A stretch of 64,000 bases of DNA from Octopus sinensis (lineage: Eukaryota): contig NC_043022.1 of the NCBI RefSeq assembly GCF_006345805.1, positions 17,608,001-17,672,000 on the forward strand, given 5' to 3'. The position numbers were made by a program, and so were the translations under genes. Under the pieces are notes generated by a model. It saw nothing but the letters and a program-made list of their open reading frames with translations. It had not been told where the DNA came from and made no database searches. Shown one piece after another: positions 1 through 10,976 of this stretch (its first letter is position 1; each line of letters starts with the position of its first letter).

Positions 1-979
1 CATCTACCTGAAGGGATTTGTGGTTTGCCTGCCTTCCTACTTATTAGGACTTTGATTTTAGCTAGGTTGACTCTAAGGCCCTTCGATTCTAATCCTTGTT
101 TCCACACTTGAAACTTCTCCTCTAGTTCTGATAGTGACTCAGCAATTAGAGCAAGGTCGTCAGCATAGAGGGGCTCCCAGGGGCATCCTGTCTTGAATTC
201 CTCCGTTATTGCCTGGAGGACTATGATAAATAGGTGCCTGAGGACTGAACACTGGTGGACCCCAAATTCTACCTTGAATTCTTCAGTGTACTCGTTGCCA
301 ACCTTTACCTTAGTTACAGCGTCCCTGTACATGGCTTGCACAGCTCTCACTAACCATTCATCTATCCCTAGTTTCCTCATTGACCACCAGAGGGGGATTG
401 AGGGACCCTGTCAAAGGCTTTCTCCATGTCAACGAAAGCCAGGTACAGGGGCTTATCTTTGGCTAGGTATTTCTCATGCTGCTGTCTTACCAGAAATATG
501 GCATCAGTGGTGCTTTTCCCTGGCATGAACCCAAACTATATCTCATCCAAGTTGACTTTCTCCAATCAGTTGGGCTATGACCCTCTCCGTAACCTTCATT
601 ACCTGATCCAACAGCTTGATACCCTTGTAGTTATTTGTATCTAGGGCATCACCTTTACCTTTGTAGCAGTTGACTATTATGCTGCTACACCAGTCATTGG
701 TTATGACTCCTTCGTGTATCACCTGGTTAACTATACGGGTGACTAGGCTATAGCCAACACTGCCAGATATTTTGAGCATCTCTGCAGCAATTCCTGATAG
801 GCCTGGGGCTTTCCCTGTCTTCATGCTTCTAATTGCCTTAACTACTAAGGAACTGTCAACTCGGATAGCTGGTCCCTCTGTTGGCTCGACATTTGGCAGA
901 CTCTCTTTATCCCATTAATTTTCTTTATTCAGCAACCTTTCCTAGTGGCGTCTCCAAACCACTCCCTTTGCAGCCTCAT
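1..979 (-). mobile_element. RTE-clade non-LTR retrotransposon fragment (RT region, internally deleted)
   Basis: Minus ORF 543-824 reads MKTGKAPGLSGIAAEMLK...CYKGKGDALDTNNYKGIKLL. Positions 1-210 encode TEEFKTGCPWEPLYADDLALIA and are near-identical to 18449-18655. Confidence 0.9.
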
Positions 980-1480
980 TTAGTGCAAGCTAAAATGATA
1001 CCTTCTACGAAAAAGTTGTAAACTATAAACTACAAAAAACAATGAAAAATCTTGCATCCTTAATACTTCTACGTGGAAAAGACCTGACAGAAAAAGAGAC
1101 ACGACATCACGAACTTCAAATGTAAACATAGTCTTTTTTACGGCCTCCCTAAAATACACAAGAGCAAGATAATTAACAATCACCAGGCAAAAATATGTAA
1201 ATATCCAAATGCCAGAAGACTTAAGGTTAAGGCCCATTATAGATGGCCCAGTCTGTGAAACCCACTGCTTAAGCAATTTTCCAGACATCCTACTGTAACC
1301 CTTGCTGAAATACATCAAAAGTTTCATGAAAGATGATTTAGACATGCCAGAGTTCCTACCAAAAACAATTAAGGAAGAGGCAATATTGGTTTCCTTTGAT
1401 GTTATCAATCTTTACACCAACATCCCACATGACCATGGAATAAAAGCAATCAAATTCTGGTTGGAAAGTAGACTGAAGAA
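980..1480 (+). mobile_element. Penelope-like element (PLE) reverse transcriptase fragment, decayed
   Basis: Translates to FYGLPKIHKSK (~1136-1168), LRLRPIIDGPVCETH and LVSFDVINLYTNIPH (ORF 1302-1535), which are PLE RT motifs. An in-frame stop is present. Confidence 0.85.
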
Positions 1481-2229
1481 AAACACATATGAAATCTTTT
1501 GTTCTCTTTCAATAATTATTTTTCAATGCCTGTAAGATTCTTTGGTATCTTGATAAAATAACTTTCTTCCCTCTCTTTCTTTCAGTTTTTCTTTGTCAAC
1601 AATCCTTTGTAATTGATGTGACAAGGAAACTTGAAAGTTACAAAAAATATGAGAGCAGAAATAATAACCAAATCTCCAAAAGACCTTTTTTTGCAATTCT
1701 GTCACAGTATTCCTCATTTTACTGCAGGAAATTTCTCTGAAAGAAATCTTTGCAGAAAGTTAAGTAGATTGATTATATATTTCTTTCATTATTTTATCGC
1801 AGTTTTTTTTTTTTACCCAACAAATTCCTGAGATTTGGCTGTTATTTCTAGCATGTGGATAGCCTGCTTGAAGGCTAAAGAATTGGGTGGGGAGGGGGTG
1901 GGGTAATTTTGTTTTTTTGAAAAATTGAAATTTTACAAAACATTTTTTATTTAGAATCATAATCTCCATATTTTTCAATGTATTTCACCCAAAAAATTTC
2001 TGAAGAAAGTGAAAAATGAAGAAATGGGGTGGGGGATTGAAATTTTGAACTTGCAATTTCTGCCAATTTTTTTCAGAATCGGAATCTCCATAACCGAAAT
2101 TGTGGGTTTCTGTTAAAAAAAAAATTTTTTTAAGGGAGGGAGGGGTTGGGTTACGTCTCCGCTTTGTATTTATTGCATGACCAACCTTGGAAGTTACCAC
2201 ATGCAAAATATGTGCATGTGTGTATGTAA

Positions 2230-2626
2230 TCTCTCTCTATATAAAGCTGAAGTTGTCTGTGTGTGGCAGGTTTGGTAGCCTTCAACTAACACTATCTCCT
2301 CCGAGACCCTGTGGCACAAGTTGGCCAAAATTGAGAGGATGATAGAAGGCTTGCTCTTCATTCCATAGAAGAAACAATTCAAATCGGACCATGTTAAGAC
2401 CAAAAATTATTTACATCAAAAAGATGCTTTTTTTTTCTATGAAAATCCCTATTTTTTATGATCTTTTGACTGCTGTGTCACCATTTTTCGGTGTATTTCA
2501 ACCAGAAGAATGTTCACTTAAAGAGAATAACAAGCTACATAATGCAAAATTTTTACTTTTCAAAAATTCCAATTCTAAAGGGTCGAAAAGAAAACAAGCC
2601 CGAGCAACGCTGGGCGATACTGCTAG
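2230..2626 (+). mobile_element. Non-autonomous Helitron
   Basis: Starts A|TCtctctctatataaa. Ends with the GC-rich hairpin gcccgagcaacgctgggc followed by CTAG|T. Inserted at an A/T dinucleotide with no TSD. Confidence 0.75.

Positions 2627-2632
<6 letters not shown>

Positions 2633-2696
<64 letters not shown>
2633..2696. repeat. (TG)n microsatellite
   Basis: Pure TG run. Confidence 0.95.
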
Positions 2697-2699
<3 letters not shown>

Positions 2700-5570
2700 T
2701 CTCTGCCAGTTTGTGATGCACTTTTAATAAATGTTGAAGAAATGTGATTGTCTTGAAGTGATTGTTTCAGATTGGTTCTTCTTCTTCTTTGTTGTTTTTA
2801 TCAGTAGAAACTTTGATCCTTCTCCCCACCACTTCAATTAGAGAGGATCTGGATAACAGCAAGACACACTTTTATTGTCATTACTATATGACCAACCCCA
2901 CAGAATGGCATAATATACCATAGGATATAATCTTTTGAGGTGTGGCATTTTTGGAAGCTGTGCATGTCATTTGTTTTATTGCTTCAGTAGTTTGCACTTC
3001 TTTGCACATAACCAAGGATTACATCATCATCATCATCGTTGTCATCATCATCATCAATTGCCTCTTTATCTTTAGCACATTCACCACCACATTCCTTTCT
3101 GTTATTATTATCACTCTTTATCATCATCATCATCATCGTTTCAGATAACACATGTCAATGGACCTCTGATAATTTTAAAATATCACAAGAGATGCTTTTA
3201 TCAATAATTTCATTTTTGTTTGTTATATTTCATTTGAATTGTTTTGTTTTTCCTTCCCTGCCCCTTAACCTCTCAGATAATTGTGTCACAGATGATTACA
3301 GCAACAACAACAACCCTAAACGCATCACATGTCATCATTTATCTTATGTAACAAAAACTAAACAAAATCCCATTAAAAGCAATAAAAAAACTGATAAAAT
3401 TAAACTTTGTAATGGTTTTGTGTAATTAGGTTTTTTTGTTTAATTGTAATTTTTTCTTTAAAAAAATATAGTTTTATTAATTAGCGCTGATGTTGATGCA
3501 GAAATAGACTAAATATATATTATTTTAAGCTTACTTTTCCATGCTAGCATGGGTTGTCACAGATTGAATCAGTTGTTATTTGAAGTTAAAACCTCCTTGA
3601 TGGATTGAGGACCACATTTCACTCAAAAGTCTCACTTTTAGTAATTTTTTTTCCTTTAGCTTTTATTGTAATACCTGCACTCAAGATGTCTCCAGCAACA
3701 CTAAAGACAAAATCCTAATAAATGACCCCTATTCATTTGTTCATAAGTACCAAAAAGGGCTGTCTTTGATGGAACTAGAGCTTAGGGGTGATTAGAGGGG
3801 AGAGAAATAGAATTTGAATGATATGAGAGGTGATAAGTGTTTGCAGGGTTAAACAGGGCAGGTTCTCTCAAACAGTGCTTCACCCCCAATTTGTGGTCAT
3901 TTGTCTCCTTTTCATATTTTGCCTGGTCAATTCTGAATCAAAATACTGCTTGTTACCTTTTATTCAGTAAAGAGTGGACCAAGCACACAATCTTGTTTCA
4001 CTCCACTGTAAATGCTGAAGGCTTCTGAAGAAAAGGCATCTAAATAAATGGTGTTGTTTGTGCCTTTGTAGAATTACTGAGCAATTCTGAGTAACCTGAA
4101 AAGGGACTCAGTTGTAGCTGGATTTTCATGAGGTTAATAAAAGTGATGTGGAATGGTTATCTTTACTCCTTGCATTTCTTGTAGATATCAAAGGAAGAAA
4201 ATGATGTTATTTGTGCAGTTCTAACCTGAAGCTACATTGAGAGAATCCTATCACATCTGTGTATCTTCTTTTGGTAGGTCTGCAGGGAGGGCATGTTCCA
4301 GTTACTTGATGACCCACTTTCCTTAAGCATCATGTCATAGTGACATTACTTGTCGAGGTTTTCTATAGAAATTATAACCAGAACTGATTTTGTTATGAGA
4401 TAACCTTAACAAGTGATTTAATAGCACTGCTAACACAGTAGAACACAGAATCGACTAATAAAAGTGTTTAATATACTCTGTAGTATATTAGGGTTGCTTG
4501 GCGAAATGCAATGTCCCCAGAAGTCCTTAATAGTGACACCAATGCATGCTCCTTGAGTGGTTTCATAAAATACATCTTTGTTTCAAATCTAATCATGCTG
4601 CAAACCAGTAAACCAGTCCTCTGGAAGTCATAACCACATTCCTCACACAGCAAGGTCTTGTGAGGATCAGGATCACTTGGTGCCAGTGTTTGGAGCAGAG
4701 ATGTCTTCGGGGCTCCTTATGCTGGCCTTTGTTTTGCAAGTTAATGATAGTGACATACAAGACCATGAAGTGTGCAAAACTCAGATAATCACTGTTTGTT
4801 ATTATTTGAACTCCGGCAACTTAGCCAAGAATCATGGTTGGCACCGACTTTGGTGTTGAAGTCCCCAAGCATCAGTAGCCGTTCATCAAGTTGAGTCTCT
4901 TGAATCGTCTTTGGGAGTTTTTCATAGAATTTGTGCTTTTAGTGTTGTGCAGTGTATACAGAGCAGAACCACTGATAAACTTCACAGGACCATCAGATAG
5001 ATGGGTTCCACCAACTTTAGCAGTGAGTTTTTCACAGCAAAGACAACATTATGCTCTCTAGCCTTGTTTAAGCCCTTTTTAAGCAGTAGTCTCACTCTCA
5101 CAAAGAATCCATGATTCTGCAAAATCTGTCTCTTGTAGTTTCTGATGTCCACATGATTCCCCTTTCTTCGCATGTTTTTGCAGTTCTTGTTTTTTTTTTG
5201 TTTTTTTTTTCCTTCAGGTTTTCTTTGTGGATAATTAGCAATATAATAGTGGCTGCTTTTTTTTATTTTGCTTTTTACTGACCTATGGATTCTTAGATGA
5301 TAGTCTTCTTTCAGTTTCTTTCTACCAGATCTACTCATAAGGTTTTGGTTTACCCCTTGAATAAAGAGGAGGACAATTGTCCAAGGAGGTATTGTGCTGT
5401 GGAACTGAACCCAAGACCACATGGTTGAAATGTAAGCCTCTACACCATGCAGCCATGCCTGCACCTATTATATATATATATAACTAATGTAGGATAAAAT
5501 ATTTTTCGGGAAAAAAATTTCATCAGTGGCCAGCATATCAAAAAATACCTTTAAAGGTTAAATTTATAAA

Positions 5571-6140
5571 TAATTTACAATATAAGGGCAAAAGAAAAAT
5601 TCTAATGCCAAATATGCCGAAAAAAAGACAAAAATTGTCAATTAACCATTATAATTTATGCGTCTCGAAACAAAACGATAGAAATTTCTAAAAAATTCGT
5701 TATTACAGTATTGGACCAATTTCGGAGTTAATTCATAAGAATTTTCTCCTACATTAGTTATAAATTTGAATAGTGTTCACTTCTGGATTCTATCACTCTG
5801 CGAAAGTTTCTAGTTCGAATCACACGTGTCTCGAGACGTGCCGAAGATTTTCTATTTTGGATATATTTGGGGTATTTAGGTCTGCTCAGGACTTGGTGTT
5901 TGCTTTTTCCATGGGTATGAGTAAGTATTTCACTTATATCTTGCGTATTTGCCGCTGAAGAGGAGAAAATTCTTATGAATTAACTCCGAAATTGGTCCAA
6001 TACGGTAATAACGAATTTTTTAGAAATTTCTATTGGTTTGTTTCGAGACACATAAATTATAATGGTTAATTGACAATTTTTGTCTTTTTTTCAGCATATT
6101 TGGCATTAGAATTTTTCTTTTGCCCTTATATTGTAAATTA
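5571..6140. mobile_element. Fold-back cassette with 180-bp inverted arms (5571-5750 / 5961-6140), probable inverted Penelope pLTR remnant
   Basis: The arms are reverse complements with about 5 mismatches by eye. The cassette is flanked by (TA)n, and the right arm overlaps a hammerhead motif. Confidence 0.8.
5951..6006 (+). ncRNA. Type I hammerhead ribozyme (canonical core)
   Basis: Reads GCCG-CUGAAGA-GGAG aa AAUUC uuau GAAUU aa CUCC-GAAA-UUGG U CCAA-UA-CGGU. Stem I is GCCG/CGGU (extendable), stem II is GGAG/CUCC plus AAUUC/GAAUU, and stem III is palindromic. Predicted cleavage is after AUA at 6002. Confidence 0.85.
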
Positions 6141-6269
6141 TATATATATATATATATACACATACACACACTGGAGTAAGCACATAAATGCGAAACAAGG
6201 TGGGAAAAAATGTACTTGAACACCAGATGTAGAGTAATATGCTTTATTAAAAAATTTGTCTAAACAAAA

Positions 6270-6303
6270 CTGATGAACAGGAATGTGAAACTCTGAGTAA
6301 CAG
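6270..6303 (+). ncRNA. Hammerhead ribozyme core lacking the 5' strand of stem I (probably inactive remnant)
   Basis: Reads CUGAUGA-ACA GGAA UGU-GAAA-CUC U GAG-UA-ACAG. Stems II and III are intact, but no partner for ACAG lies directly 5' of the core. Confidence 0.55.
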
Positions 6304-6498
6304 CTTTCGTGATATTTTTGCTGCTTTTTAATAAAGTATATATATATATATACAGTCTGTAAAAAACATAAACCTGAAAGAAGCAGCACACTCTAAGATA
6401 TAGAGCAGTATATATTAAAAATGAAGAAAGCCATAAACTGGCCTTTTCCATTTTTAATACACACACACACACATACACATGCGTGCACACACACACAT

Positions 6499-7980
6499 AG
6501 TGAAAACTTCCAAGTAGAAGTAGGGGTTCACCAAGGATCAGTCCTCAGCCCACTCTTATTCCTTATAGTGCTCCAGACAATAACAGAGGAATTCAAAACA
6601 GGCTGCCCCTGGGAGCTCCTTTATGCTGATGACCTTGCCTTAATTGCTGACTCACAGGCAGAACTAGAGACAAAGTTTAGGGTGTGGAAGCAAGATCTAG
6701 AATTGAAGGGCCTTAGGGTCAACCTAGCAGAAACCAAAGCCTTAGTAAGTAGGAAGCTTGTCAAACCACAATCCCCTTCATGTAGATGGCCCTACTTTAT
6801 CTGTAGAAAAGGCGTGGGTAGAAACTTCACACAATGTACCTGGTGTAAGCTATGGACATATCAAAGGAAAGTTAACTGGGAAAATAGTCTTTGTGTGTGG
6901 CAAATACTGAGGGGCAATAAACACTGAAGATATACAGACAACAGATTCCATCACATGCCAGGGGAAAAAACTAGAAGTAAATAGCTTCCACTAGCTAGGT
7001 GACCAAGTCTAAGGTGGGGGTGGTTGCTCTGAGAGTGTAATGGCTAGAATAAGAATAGCCTAGGCAAAGTTCAGGGAGCTCCTACCCTTGCCGGCAACTA
7101 AAGGCCGCTTGCTCAGGATGAAAGGTAGACTGTATGATGCATATGTGTGAACTGCAATGCTGCACAGCAGTGAAACATGGGCCATGATTCCTGAGGACGT
7201 GCAGGTAAGAAAGAAATGAAGTTTGTATGATCCACTGGATGTGTAATGTCAGTGTGCATACACGACAGAACATAAGTACCCAGAGAGAAAAGTTGGACAT
7301 AAGAAGCATCAAATGTGGTGTGCAAGAGAGACGACTGCACTGGTAAGGTCATGTGATACATATGGATGAAGACAGCTGTGTGAGGAAGTGCCACACTCTA
7401 ACTGTGGAAGGAACCTGTGGAAGAGGTAGACCCAGAAAGACATGGGATGAGGTGGTGAAGCACGACCTTCGAACATTGGGCCTCACAGGGGCAATGACAG
7501 GAGACCGAGACCTTTGGAGTTATGTTGTGATTGAGAAGACCTGGCAACTAAAGTGAGATCGCAGCCATGCATGTCCGGCCCAGTTAAGAGTACCCCTGAT
7601 GCATCGTGCGATATGATATGGTTGAGAAGACCTGTTGAGTCAAGTAAAACCAATATCATAGCTGGGGCCTGTAACCCCTGACTGGTTCCCATGCTGGTGA
7701 CATGTAAAAAGCACCATCCAAACATGGTTGATATCAGTTCTGCCTGACTGGCTCCTGTGCTGGTGGCATGTAAAAAGCATCATCTGAACTCTCATGCTGG
7801 TGGCATGTAAAAAGTACCCACTACACTCTCACAGTAGTTAGTGTTAGGAAGGGCATCCAGCTGTAGAAACATTGCCACATCACATTGGAGCCTGGTGTAG
7901 CTGTTGGCTTTCCAGACCTCAGTCAAGCTGTCCAACCCATGCCAGCATGGAAAACGGACGTTAAATGATGATGATGATGA
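6499..7980 (+). mobile_element. RTE LINE 3' fragment with 3' UTR and (GAT)n tail
   Basis: Encodes VGVHQGSVLSPLLF, WELLYADDLALIA and [19 protein letters not shown], with frameshifts. Ends ccaacccatgccagcatggaaaacggacgttaaat(gat)n. Confidence 0.9.
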
Positions 7981-8712
7981 TTTTATACACACACACACAC
8001 ACACAACAGGCTTCTCTACAAATTCCTCGTACCAATTTCACTGAAAAGGCATCAGTTAACTCAAGGCTATTTCTGCAGACGGATAGAACCTGAAACCATG
8101 CCATTACAACACCTATGTCTCTTATCCCATGTCTACAACTCTGCCAACTTCCACACTGCCCAGCTATTTCTCAGCCTTATTCATTAATCGAATTTTTAAC
8201 TCTTTTTGAGGATTATTCACTTGAGATCTAGTATATACTGGTAAAACCTCAGCTGCATTGCAGTAGAAGTCTTATCAGAACAAAACCTGTTGCCATCCTC
8301 CCCAAAACTCTGCCTGTATACCCCTCCTCAGTTTTTAAGTAATTTTAATTAAATTCCCAAGTTGTATCCCCTGCCTTCCTTTTATTAAAATTAAGCGTTA
8401 AATGATTTCATTTGGTCACAGTATTGGCATTGGATTTTTTCCCTCAAGCTCCCTACATTAGCTATATTAACACCAATTTGATTACTTGTACTGACTTCCT
8501 CACCCAAGTTCTCCCTTGTTATAAATCCCATCCCCTCTTTATGTGCTTACATTATCGGTCTCTCAATAAGTTTGAAGTAGATACAATAAACGGTGCAGTT
8601 AACGACACACATCTGAAAATGTCTTCATCCAACAGTACCCTTTAAATATTCCTTTTCAAGATTTATTCGTGCTTTACTCCTTAAAAGGGTGAGATGAACG
8701 TAGCCGTATTAC

Positions 8713-8986
8713 CAGTGGCGGACTGGGTCTAAAAATATTGGTTGCCAGAAGACTAAGCGGGTCTACTCGCAACTACCAAATGCTATCATTTAATTTTCTT
8801 TTTTTGTTTTGTTTTGTTAAAGGCATTCTTTCCAACTGTCTACAAACACTTATAATTAATGCATTCTTCTATGAGTGAATAAAAAAATTCTCAAACGTGA
8901 GGGGATGGGCCCCTATATACGGGTTCTAATGGCTCAGGGGCCTACTTACCATAGGGCAAGCTGGCAACCCGGCCAATCCGCCACTG
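8713..8986. mobile_element. hAT-type MITE
   Basis: TIRs CAGTGGCGGAcTGG / CCAaTCCGCCACTG. The 8-bp flanks cgtattac and cctatcac match at 6/8, consistent with a degenerate TSD. Confidence 0.7.
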
Positions 8987-10362
8987 CCTATCACTAATTG
9001 ATAGTTATTGCAGTCTTAAGCACAAAAGCAGATCAACGGCCAATCACTTGACTTCGAGTACAATAGGCTATCTATCAATCCACATCAACTTCAGCCTTTG
9101 GACTATTTTCATGCAGAGCAAAATACTCAAACTATCATTTCAAGGAAATTATTAGTTTAAGTACTTTATCAGGAATGTAGCACAACTGAATAACAAGATC
9201 CTTTCTTTAATGAAACGACGTAAGGTGTGTTGGGTTTTTTTCTTTTCTTCAGACACAAAGTCAATTATTTGGCAAAGGAAATCCGAGTCGATTTATTGAT
9301 CCCATTTGATTTACGTATATTTGCATTTGTTAACACTGATAGAGTTCGATCTTGTATAAGTCTCCCCTTCGCTTATTCACAATCTATTATTACCTTAATG
9401 AACGAGTGCAATGAACAAGTGTCAGGATTGTTGTTAAACAGGGGATTATTCTCTCTGCGACACCGGTTTCACCCCAAGCCTTTCCAACATTTCTCGTGAT
9501 TCGGATTTGTTTTTATGTTTTCTTTTTAGTTTTCGAAACCCTTTCTGATCCTTTTGGAACCCTTTGGAACCCCTCCTAACCTTTCTTCCTTTCCGTTCTT
9601 TTTAATCGAAAATGGAAAACTCCAAATTGCTCGTCATTCGACAATTTTCACCAGAAAACTGACAAAACATTTTCTCTTTTCACAAAAACCAAATTTTTTT
9701 AATATTTAAAAAAAAACAAAAAACAAAAAAGCTGAAAAAAAAAACTGATCGGAATTTGTTGATTTTTAATTTGCTCCAAACTCAAACTCTGTGATTCAAC
9801 TTCTTGTTTCTGTTTTATTTCCCGATCGATTTAAGCAATTCAGGAATTTGTTTTTTTATCAGAGAACTTATTTCGAAAAACAAACTTTTAATACTTTTCA
9901 TGTTTAATTCCATCGCAAAATCTTCTTCTCTTCAACTCTCTTTCTCTCGTCGTCTCATTCGTCCCTCTCTCTTTCTCTCTCTTTCATTGAATTCTTTTCT
10001 TTCTCTCTTATTTTCTTCTTTCATTCTTTATATTTGAAGAGATTTGTCCAGAAACAAACTGTTCTTTAAAATGGTTTGATTATCGGCAGACCCGCCAACC
10101 CCGCCCACCCCGACACAGTCACATCGTCACATTTTCTTTTTCTGTCTTCACACCCACATTTTAACTTTTAGTGCCCGTCTTGTGTGCATTCCAAGTGTAA
10201 ACTGCTCCAGTGTGGATTCTTAAACTCTTCATAAACGACACCAAACTCCTTCACTTGACATCAACCACGCCCAGCTTTTTATAAATTTCCAGTCGGTGAG
10301 TATTTATTTACTTATAATTTGATACTTTACATTTTGTACTATATCACGTGTATGCGTGTGTG

Positions 10363-10495
10363 TAGATGGATGGATAGAAAGATAGATAGATAGATGGATA
10401 GATAGATAGATGGATGGATGGATGGATAGATAGATAGATAGATGGATAGAAAGATAGATAGATGGATAGATGGATAGAAAGATAGATAGATAGAT
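10363..10495. repeat. (GATA/GATG)n microsatellite
   Basis: Imperfect tetranucleotide run. Confidence 0.9.
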
Positions 10496-10881
10496 GTAAT
10501 GATTTGGTCTAAACTCAGTCAATCGTTTAATAAAGATTATAAAAACTGTCCAAATGTGAGTGAGGAGTTTATATTTTATATATCCACAGCTCTTTTCGTA
10601 TCTTGGATCTTTTATTGGAATATAGGAGGCTCAAGTCTTCTATTCAGTTTTCTTTCTCTGTCGCAAACCCCTAGAAATAGGACTTTTCATTAGAAATTTG
10701 CAATGTCATAATTTCTAAGAAAAAAGAAATGTTTCTGTTTACGAACCTGTCACTAATATAACTTAGGAGGACATCGGAACTAGAAACCAACAAACAACAA
10801 AATAAACATTTATTTAATCGATGTTATTTTAAATTCCTTCACCGAGTGGATTTTTATATCAAAACGTAAAGGGACAACAAA

Positions 10882-10884
<3 letters not shown>

Positions 10885-10976
<92 letters not shown>
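10885..10976. repeat. (CT)n-(CTAT)n compound microsatellite, 5' flank of the Tx1 insertion
   Basis: Directly visible. (TATC)n resumes at 13191 after the element. Confidence 0.95.

Noticed and set aside
4020-4095. CUGAAGA followed by an AAAGGCA/UGCCUUU stem
   Set aside because: No GAAA follows the stem and there is no stem I, so a chance match is likely.
5495-5535. Minus-strand CUGAUGA...GAAA motif as a further hammerhead
   Set aside because: Neither stem II nor stem I pairs convincingly.
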